Source: the human T2T-CHM13v2.0 reference genome, Homo sapiens
NCBI RefSeq assembly: GCF_009914755.1
Contig: NC_060926.1
Length of the DNA: 64,000 bases
Strand: one strand, 5' to 3'
The notes beneath the pieces are model-generated. The model saw nothing but the letters and a program-made list of their open reading frames with translations. It made no database searches and had not been told where the DNA came from. This document shows positions 53,901-64,000 of this stretch, one piece after another. How positions within the stretch are numbered: the stretch's first letter is position 1; the number at the start of each line of letters is the position of its first letter. The translations under genes and the position numbers were made by a program.

Positions 53901-56900
53901 GTATTTGGCATTTAACAATGCAACGCCTTACCTCATTCACTGCCTAGACAATGAGAGCTTTAAAGTGTTAGAGTCATGGAAGACTTTCTGAAATGTCTTA
54001 CCTTAATTTACAGTGAGGAGCTAAGAAAGGTTGGCCAGGAAAAGGCAGAGGCAAAATCCTGAGTCCAGAGTCATAGTCTAGCAGCAGGGGCCCCTGGATG
54101 CACCATTGCTTTACACACATGAGGTGTTCCACATGGATCATGTAGCAGTTGGGCAAAGAAGGTGTCCTCCTTGTATTGTAGCTGATAAAGCAGAAGCTTA
54201 GAGATGCAAGTGACTTGCTCAATTCCTGCTTCCAGCACATTCAGGTATTCTCACACCTGGATCTCTGCTCTCTTTCCTCTTTCTGCATCTTAATTCCTTT
54301 CCAGATTTGTGCCCATTTTGCTTCAGATTTGGTGTCACACTCATAGAGATTATTGGATTGATCTATTACTCAATATTCTCCCAGAGAGAATTGCAGCCGG
54401 CAGGAACATTCATTGTAGACCCAGGTGTTAGTGAACAAGCTCTACCTTCAACCCTGTTCTGGACTAGCAAGTAATGAATTACACATTTAATTTCAGTACT
54501 CCAGTTGACCCTTGATTCCCTCAGTTGGCAGAATCCATTTTCCTAGACTTTAGAACAAGAAAGAAACACTTGTTCTCTCCCAAAAATACCCAAGTCAACA
54601 AATGAAAACATGAACCTCAAAGGATGACTTCAAGCCTAGAGTCTCGAGGAAGAGGACAGAGTGGTTTTGGGAGTTATTTAACCACTCTAACCATATTTCC
54701 TCTAATAAATGAGTATGCTAGTGCTTAATATACCACATTCTTTTGAGAACTATTTAAGTTAATGCACTCAAAGTTGCTAATATTCTCACCAGTGCAATGG
54801 AGAGCATTGTAGTACTTTGAGATGACATTGCTTTCACCAACTGAGCCAATCCTACTCCTACGTTTGTTTCTATTGCCATGTAAGTTAATGTAGGTTTAAA
54901 ATCTCAGGCTTCCAAGAAAGAGTACTAGAGTCTCAGGAACTACCCTCATTTCTACCTTGCACTTCCTATACTCCATGCCTAATTCTCTAGGTTCTATTTG
55001 AGATATGACTCCTATATGTAACCACACTCTCCAGCCCTGATCTCAGTTTCGCTGTGGAGTTTTAAGGCCTCTATTGTCAAGTATTCATTATTATTTCACA
55101 TGTGTGCAATTGCAGTTGCCAGCAGTGTCTTGCAACTCTGACCCCCTTTTTTAAATAAATATTTTAATTATGTTTTGGGTTTCTAGTAAAATTGAACAGA
55201 AGGTGCAGGTATTTGCCATATTTTCCCTGCCCTCACATATACATAACCTCCCACTATCAACATCTTTTACCAGAGTGGGAAATTTGTTACAATTGATGAA
55301 CCTATATTGACACATCATTAGCACCCCAAATTCATACATGCCATGGCTTTGGATAAATCTGTAATGGCCTGTATTCACCATTATAGTATCATACAGAACA
55401 GTTTCACTTCCCCAAAAAATCCCCTGTGATCCACCATTCATCATTCCCTCTCCCCAGCCCCTGGGAACAATTACATTTTTTTCTGTCTCCACAGTTTTGC
55501 CTTTTCCAGAATGCCATTTACCTAGAATCATATCTTATGTAACCTTTTCAGATTGGCTTCTTTTACTTAGTAATGTGCATTTATGTTTCCCCCATGTCTT
55601 TACATGGCTTAAAGTTTTTTTTTTTTGTATTAAATAGTATTCTATTGTCTAGATTACCAGTTTGTGCATTTACCTACTGAAGGACACCTTGGTTGCCTCC
55701 AAGTTTTGTTAATTATAAATGAACCTGCTATAAACCCCATGTGCAAGTATTTTTGTGGACATAAGCGTTCAATTCATTTGGATCAGTGTCAAGGAACATG
55801 ATTACTGGATTATATGGTAAAAGTATGTTTAGTTTTGTAAGAAACTGCCAAACTGGCTTAGAAAGTGGCTGTGCCATTTTGCATTCCCATCAGCAATATA
55901 TGTGAGTTCCCAATGTATGAGATTTGGAGTACCAAATCCTCATCAGAATTTCATGTTGTCAATGTTCTGAATTTTGGACATTCTAATAGGTGTGTAGCAG
56001 TATTTCATTGTTTGAATTTACATTTCCCTAATTATATATGATGTGGAGTATCTTTTCATATGCTCACATGACATCTGTGTATCTTCTTTGGCAAGGTGTT
56101 GGTTAAGATTTTAGGACACTTTTATTGAATTGTTTATTTTCTTACAATTTAGTTTTAAGAGTTTTTTGTATATTTGGGGTAGCGGTCCGTTATCAGAGAT
56201 TTCTTTCTGCAAATATTTCCTCCCAGTTTGTGGCTTGTCTATTCACTCTCTTGACAATGAATTCACAGAGCAAAAATATTAATTGCAATAAAGTATAGCT
56301 TATCCATTTTTTCTTTCAAAATTGTGGCTTTTGTGTTGCACCTAAAAAGTCATCACCAAACCCAAGGTCATACTAGATTTTTTCCTATGTTCTCTTCTAA
56401 GAATTTTATAGTTTTACATTTCATATTCAGATGTGTAATACGTACTGAGTTAATTTTTGTGAAGGATGTATGGTCTTTGTCTAGATTCATTTTATGTAAT
56501 TTTTGCATGTGGATATCCAATTGTTCCAGCACCATTTGTTGAAAATACGATTTCTTCTCCATTGTATTATCCTTACTCTTTGTCAAAGATCAGTCGAATA
56601 TATTTATGTGTGTCTACTCCTAATCTCTCTATTCTGTTCCAGTGATCTATTTCTCTATTCTTTCATCAATACCACACTCTCTTGATGATTATAACTTTAT
56701 AATAAATCTTAAAGTTGAGCAGTGTCAGTCTTAAAACTTTGTTCTTCTTTTTCAATGCCGTGTTGGTTGTTCTGGGTCTTTGCCTCTCTGTATAAACTTT
56801 AGAATCAGTTTCTTGATACCCACAAAATAAGTTGCTAAGATTTTGATTAGGACTGCACTGAACCTATAAATCAAGTTAAGAATAACATCTTGAAAATATT

Positions 56901-58994
56901 GAGTCTTCTTATCCATGAACATGGAATATCTCTCCATTTATTTAGTTCTTCTTGTTTTTTTCATCAAGGCTTTGTAGTATTTCTCATACAATTCTAGTAT
57001 GTGTTTTCATAAATTTATACTTAAGCATTTTATTTTTGAGGAATGTTAATATAAATGATAAGATTTTTTAATATAAAATCCCACTTGTTCATTGTTATAT
57101 GAGAAAGTTATGACTTTCATATATTAACCTCATATTTCCTAAATTTGCTATAATTATTTGTTAGTTTCAGGAGTTTTATTTTGTTGATTCTTTTGGATTG
57201 TCTATATAGACAATCATGCCATATGCAAAGAAAAATGTTGACTTCTTCCTTCCCTGTTAGTATGGGTTTTTTTGCTTCCATTTCTTGTCTCATTGCATTA
57301 GCTAAGATATTCAGTATGACGTTGAAAAAACATGGTAAAAAGAAAAGATCCTTGCCTTGTACCTGATCTTAGTGGGAAAGCTTTGAGTTTCTTACTATTA
57401 AGCATGATGTTAGTTGTAGGGTTTTTGTAGATATTCTTTATCAACTTGAGAAAGTTACCCTCTATTCCCAGTGTACTTATAATGTTTATCATGAATGGAT
57501 GTTAGACTTTTTCAAATGCTTTTTCTGCATTTATTGATATAATCATGCAGTTTTCCTTCTATAGCCTGTTTATGGATGTGATGAACTACATTAATTGATT
57601 TTTGAATGTTAACCAGTCTTTCATACCTGGAATAAATCCCACGTGATTGTGGTGTATACTTTTTTTATATTATTAAATTTGATTTGCTAATATTTTGTTA
57701 AGGATTTTTGCATCTATGTTCATGAGAGATATTGGGCTGTAGTTTTCTTTGTCTTGTCTTTGTCTGGTTTTGGTATTAGGATAATGCTGGCCTCATGGGG
57801 AATTATTTAGGTAGTATTCCAGCTGTTTCTATCTTCTGAAAGGTATTGTAAAGAATTGGTATTTTTTTCTTAAATACTTGATGGAATTTACCAGTGGACC
57901 CATCTGGGCTTCACACTTTCTCTTTTGAAAAGTTATTAATTATTGATTCAATTTAAAAAAATAAATGTAGGCCTCTTCACATTGCCTATTTCTTCCTATG
58001 TGTATTGGCAGGTTATAACTTTCAAGGAGCTGGTTCTTTTCATCTAGGTTATCAAATTTGTGGTTCTAGACTATTCATTTTATTTCTTTTATATCATTTT
58101 AATGTCCATGGGATCTGGAGTAATGTCACCTCTTCCATTTTTGATATTGGTAATTTGTTTTTTTTCTTTTCTTTCTTACTTAGCCATAGTAGAGGCTTAT
58201 TAATTTTTTTGCTTTTCTTTAGTTTCCTACAGTGCTAGTTTAAACCATTGATTTTAGATCTTCCTTTTTCTAATATATTCATTCAATGCTATAAATTTCC
58301 CTCTAAGCATTGCTTTCACTATATTCCACAAATTTTGATACATTGTGATTTCATTTTCATTTAGTTCGAAGTTTTTTTTTATTTTGATTGACATTTTGTC
58401 TTTGATCTATTTTAAACAGATTAAAATTTTTAAATTTTAAATTTGTTAAGGTGTGTTTTATAACACAGAATGTGGTCTATTTTGGTGAATGTTCCATGTG
58501 AGCGTGAGAAGTGTGTATTCTGCTATTGTTGAATGTAGTAGTCTTAAGATGTCAATTAAATTCAGTTAATTAATGATGATGTTGAGTTGTACTATATCCT
58601 TACCAGTTTTCTGACTGCTGAATTTGTCTATTTCTGACAGAGGGGTGTTGAAGTCTCCAACTCTAACAGTTGATTTAGCTATTTCTTCTTACAGTTTTAT
58701 CAGTTTTTACCTAATTTTTTAAACATGTATTTGTTAGGCCAATATATTTAGGAGAGTTATGTATTCTCGGCAAACTGATCTTTTGTTGTTATTGTTATGT
58801 AATGCCTCTTTATCCCTGATAACATTTCTTGCTCTGAAATTGGTCCTATCTAAAACTAATACAGGTACTCCTGCTTTCTTTTTATTAGTATTAGCATGGT
58901 ATTATCTTTCTCGATGAATTTACACTTAATCCATTTATATCTTTATATTAAAAGTGTGTTTCATATAGATAACATACAGTTGGATCTTTTTTTT

Positions 58995-59288
58995 TTAGCA
59001 ACTTTTTTTTTTAATTATACTTTAAGTTTTAGGGTACGTGTGCACAAAGTGCAGGTTTGTTACATATGTATACATGTGCCATGTTGGTGTGCTGCACCCA
59101 TTAACTCTTCATTTAACATTAGGTATATCTCCTAATGCTATCCCTCTCCCCTCCCCCCACCCCACAACAGGCCCCGGTGTGTGATGTTCCCCTTCCTGTG
59201 TCCATGTGTTCTCGTTGTTCAATTCCCACCTATGAGTGAGAACATGCGGTGTTTGGTTTTTTTCCTTGCGATAGTTTGCTGAGAATGA
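58995..59288 (-). mobile_element. Young L1PA (L1PA3-5-like) 3' end nested in the L1MC
   Basis: 'attatactttaagttttagggtac...ggtatatctcctaatgctatccc...gatagtttgctgagaatga'; TSD ggatctt(t/g)ttttt at 58982-58994 and 59290-59302. Confidence 0.93.
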
Positions 59289-60798
59289 CGGATCTTGTTT
59301 TTGATCCACTGTGACAATCTCTGCCTTTTAATTGATGTATTTAGACCACTGATGTTTAAATTTATTACTGATAGAGTTAAATAAATAGCTAATATATTTG
59401 GAATGTTTTGTATGTGTTGTCCTTGTTTCTTATTTTTTTCTATTTTTGTCTTTCAGTCTTTTTCTGCCTTTGTAATTTTAATTGTGCATTTTATTACTCT
59501 ATTTTCTCCTCTTTCTTGGAATATCAGTTACATGTTTTTAAAAAATTTCCATTAGTGGTTGCGCTAGAATTTACAATATACATTTACAATGAATCCAAGC
59601 TCATTTTCGAATAACACTATACTATATCATGGCTAGTGAGAGCACCTTATAATAATAAAATAATTCTAATTTCTCCCTCCTGTCCATTTTATCATTGCTG
59701 TCATTCAATTTTACTTATACATAAGCATATACAAACATATATACATACATGTAATAAATAATCAAATATACTGTTTTTGAACAATCTACTGTTAGATCAA
59801 TTGAGAATAGAACATAAATGTTTTTTATTTTACCTTCATTTATTCCTTCTTTAATGCTTTTTCTTTTTTCAATGTAGACCTGAGTTTCCAACCTATATTC
59901 TCTCCCTTCTCCATAAAGAATTTATTTTAACATTTCTTGAAGACAGTTGTTTTGGCAATATATTTTCTCAATTTTTGTTTGTCTGAGAAAGTATTTATTC
60001 CTACTTTGCTCTTGTAGGATAATTTAACAGGGTACAAAACTCAAGTGGTTTTCAGAACACTTTAAATATTTCACTCCACTCTTTTTCTGCTTCCATAATT
60101 TTTGAGAAGCTAGAGGTAATATTTATTTTTGTTCCTCTATAGTTAAGCTGACTTTTTTCCTCCTGGTATCTTTCAAGAATTATTCTTTATGTTTCATTTT
60201 CTGCAAATTGAATATAATAAGAGTATTTTTTGTTGTTGTTGCTGTTGCATTTATCCTGCTTGAAGTTTTCTGAGCTTCTGTATTTGTGGTTTGGCATCTG
60301 ACATTATTTGGGAGAAAATAGTATTGTGGTTTCAAATATTTATCTGTCCCATTCTCTCTTCCTTTTCCTTACGGTATTATCAATATGCATATGTTATGCC
60401 TTTTGTAATTGTCTCACAGTCTTATATATGTTGGTGAGTTTTTGTTTTGTCTTTTTTATCTTTGCTTTTCAGTTTTGAAAGTTTCTGTTGTTATATCATC
60501 AAGCTTAGGGATTGTTTCTTTAGTCATTTCCAGTCACCTAATAAGCCTATAAGACATTCATTTCTGTTACCATGTTTTTTACCTCTAGCATTTCTTTCTG
60601 ACTCTTTCTTAGAATTTCCACATCTCTGCCTACATTGCCCTTCTGTTCTTGCATGAAGTCTACTTTATCCATTGGAAGCCTTGGAATATTAATGGCAGTT
60701 GTGTGAAATTCACAGTCTGATGATTTTAGCATTCCTGCCATATCTGAGTCTGTTTTGGGTGTTCTGTCTCTTTAAACTGTTTTCTGCTCTTTAGTATA

Positions 60799-61242
60799 TT
60801 ATATAATTTGCATGTGGTTTTTCCCCACCAAAACTCATGGTGAAATTTGATTTCCAGTATGATAGTGTTGGGAGGTACAAACTAGTGGGGGCTATTTGGG
60901 TCATGGAAGTACACCCCTCATGAATAGATTAAATGCCCTCCCTTAAGGGTGAGTGAGTTTTTACTCTCAAGAGAAAGCATTAGCTTCCAAGAGAAAAGGG
61001 ATGTTAAAAAGAGCCTGGATTCCTCAGTTTCTTTCTCTTAGTTTGTCTTTTGCCTGTTTGCACATACCTCCTCCCCTTCTGCTTTCCACCCAGAGTTGAA
61101 ACTGTATAAGGCCCTCACTAGATACAGCTGCTTGATCTTGAACTTTTCAGTCACCAGAATCATGAGCCAAATAAACCTCTTTTCTTTATAAACTACCCTG
61201 CTGCAGGTATTCTCTTATAGCAACACTAAGCAGACTAAGATA
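60799..61242 (+). mobile_element. MSTB/C/D-like solo LTR nested in the L1MC
   Basis: 'ccccaccaaaactcatggtgaaatttgat...ccctcatgaatagatta...gagccaaataaacctcttttctttataaactacc...gactaagata'. Confidence 0.88.
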
Positions 61243-62959
61243 ATATGCCTTACAAACTTGCAACTTTGTCTTGATAGCTGTACATGATATACTGGGTAGA
61301 AAGAACTTGCTGTATGTAAGCCTTTAGTAATGTGGTGGTAAAGTGTATGGGGAAGAAAACATTCTGTAGTCCTATAATTAATTAGGTCTTAGTCTTTTAA
61401 TGATTTTGTGCCTCTGGCTCATTCACAAGTATGCTTTAGTTTAGTTTTGTTTTTTTCACTTTCTTAGGTGGTACAGAATAAATAGTGGGTCCAGAGTTAG
61501 GTGTTTTCCTTCCTCCATGTGAAAGATTGCAGCTGGCTGGAGTTGGTATTTCCTTTCCTCCAGCTCAGTGAGGCTCTGATAAAGCCCCAACAGGTTAGGA
61601 TCTGGCTAAATAGTTCTCCTGAGGGAAGATCCTATAAAAAAAAGAACATAATATTCTGGCATATTTTAAAATGGCTACTTTTCTCCTCCCTCTGTTGGAA
61701 GCACAAGGGGATTTTTTTCTCCGATATTTACTATAAGAACCTGGGTCAAATTTCTATTGGTAAAACTCACAAAGTGTGGAAATACTCCTATGACTGGGTC
61801 CCCTTTTTGTTTTTAACTCTCACAATTACTCAAACTTAGCCTTTAGCAATTTGTGAATTACAATTTGGGTTTTCCCACCCTGGCACTGATTCCTACAGAA
61901 GCTTCTGCTTGTGGATTTTTGCTCTGGTAAGTTGTAAATCTCTATTTGCCTATCTTTCTCTCCAATTTGAGGAACAGTAGTTTGCCCTATGACCTCATTT
62001 CCCTTATCGATGTGAGAAGAGTTGTTGATTTTTTAGTTTGTTCAGTCTTTTGTTTGCTGCTGGGATAGGGTGTTGACTTTCAAGCCTCCTGTGTGCTGGA
62101 TCAGAACTGGAGCTGCTCCATTCTTCATGCAACATGTTGAGTCACTCCCTGGCTCTCAGTGTCTTTAAAATGAGATTAACTTTCTTAAGTAGGACACACA
62201 ATCATGGCTTCATTCTCAAGCTCTCCCTACCTCTGCAGCCTCCTGTTTTCCCAGCGTATTTACACCACAGCCGTAGCAAACTTAGAAATCTTTCACAAAC
62301 TTGGGGTCCTCTCTTCCAACTCTGTACATTAGCAAGTGCCATACCCTATGTGTTAATGAACATTCCCTCCTCTTTACCTGTTGCATATATACTCATTCAA
62401 GATTTTTGTGCAAAAGTCATCTCCCCTTTTTCTCCTAAAACCTAAGCTAAAATAAGTGGCTTCTCCCTTGTCACTTGTAGTATTTGACTAGAGCACTCAA
62501 AGCTTTTATTTTATTATCTGCATTTTTCCTTTGCCATCAGCCTGTGCTCTCTACAGTGGAGTGTCTCTGTCTAATTCACTTCATTGAGCAAGTGAAAGAA
62601 TCACCAGTTGAAAATAAGAAGGTTGAGTTTTTCTTTGCAAAAATCCTTTCCATGATTCTTAAATTGAGTTCTGTAATGGTCCTTTAGAATTATTCAATGA
62701 CAAGATTTTACTTCTTAAGTTTCCTTTTGTTAAATGGATATTATAATCAATGTTGTCATTTCTCTTTTAATAATTTTATAATCATGATATTGCATAATTG
62801 CACTTGTAATTAAGACACTGGTCAACTCATTTAAAAATAATTAAATGTTACTTAAAAGTTACGACCTCTATCACCATTGCTTAACTTACCACATTACTTC
62901 CACTTCTGGTTTTGCTAGCTGCAGTTTTTAATCATGATATTTGAGACATTAAACAATAT

Positions 62960-63110
62960 ACTATCCATATCTCTTATAAAAGCCCATGAGGTAGATACTA
63001 TTATAATTACAATTTTATGAATAAGGAAGATTAAGATCAAAAGATTGAAAAGATTTGTGCAGGTCACAGAGTTAGTGAGTGGCAAATTCAAGACTGGGAT
63101 TTATTGTTTT
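62960..63110 (-). mobile_element. MIR fragment
   Basis: 'cccatgaggtagatactattataattacaattttatgaataaggaag...aggtcacagagttagtgagtggc'. Confidence 0.65.
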
Positions 63111-64000
63111 TCAGTCCTCCTGAGCAACAGACTTGCTGCTTTATGTTTTATGGGAACTTTCTGGATGGCCCTCTTTTGCCTTTATTCAACTTTCTTGTTT
63201 TCAATAAACAGATTTAGATTTAGATCTCTATATTTGTATTTCCAACTTTCTATAATCTGCACACAGTGATATTTTCCCTCTTCAATCTGTTACCTTTAGT
63301 CATTTTTAGTTTTGTTTTCTTATTTATCAAAATCTTCTGATAATTTTCTCTAGCATTTTTGTCTTCTTTTCCCTCTACTTTCCTATTCTTGTGTCTGATT
63401 AAAAAATGAATTATGTAAAGTCATTATAAAAAGTAGCTGCTTTTCCATTTACTCATTATTGAATTTGACCTCAATGTAGGAAAGTAAATAAGTGACACAC
63501 TTAAACCATTTAATCACGTAACATAGATAAACTGTCCTGAAATACCATGTTGCAAAATACTATGCTACATAAAGTCATCTTAGGCTCATTTTGGTTTCTT
63601 GCACAATTTCAGTGTATTTGTCTCATGAGATGATAGTGCTCAGTGAGGTGTGAGGGTTCACCTTGACAAGAGAGTGAGGCTATATATAAACAGGTAACCT
63701 GCACCCCAGGGGCTGCAGGAGAGGCTTTTGCAACAACATAAAGGGGGAATTCAAAATGGCCACATCTAAAAGCATACAGGAGCTTTATTCCCCTTAGTAA
63801 TTTGAACTTCCCTGCTATTCTGGGAGATCATGAGATATACTCTTGTTCTATTCCTGAGGTGTGCATAAAATGAGTTCTCTTATCAATTCTGCCTGCCCAG
63901 TACAGATAATTTAGTGACAGAACAGAGAGCTTCTTTGTGTGAATTCTACCCAGTTGCCTTTGCAAATGCGGCATGTGATTTCATGGACTTTTTACTTTTT

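Larger units (their letters stand above)
55147..62112 (-). mobile_element. Near full-length decayed L1MC1-like LINE (3'UTR, ORF2, ORF1, 5' region)
   Basis: L1MC-type 3' end 'tttgttacaattgatgaacctatattgacacatcatt'; RT peptide 'LGIEGNFLKLIKNIYKNPTTNIMLNSKKLKAFPLRSGTRQG' (57298-57492); ORF1-like 'EILRKSQKEMLEVKNMVTEM' (60547-60741); L1M 5'-like sequence to ~62112. Confidence 0.9.

Noticed and set aside
56368-57492. Reverse-transcriptase-like peptides as a novel RT system
   Set aside because: Short broken remnants of ordinary L1 ORF2.

Overview
This is primate, most likely human, non-coding genomic DNA, judged from AluY/AluS, THE1, MST, L1PA and MADE1 elements. I recognise no protein-coding gene, RNA gene or CRISPR array. 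The ORF track consists of chance ORFs, microsatellite read-throughs and decayed L1 ORF1/ORF2 or MaLR ORF fragments. The window is Alu-poor and LTR-rich (about 10 MaLR/ERVL LTR insertions in both orientations), which fits an intergenic setting. The main structures are: a complete THE1C-type provirus (LTR-int-LTR, perfect GTATG target-site duplication, TSD) nested in a MER5A; a near full-length L1MC-type element carrying a younger L1PA 3' end and an MST LTR; a young 61-bp x ~3 minisatellite; several STRs; and a few repeat-free, motif-dense candidate regulatory segments. I found no support for a previously undescribed biological system. The findings are local structural or regulatory leads. Subfamily names come from my recall of consensus sequences and should be confirmed with RepeatMasker/Dfam. 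Edges of old repeats are approximate.
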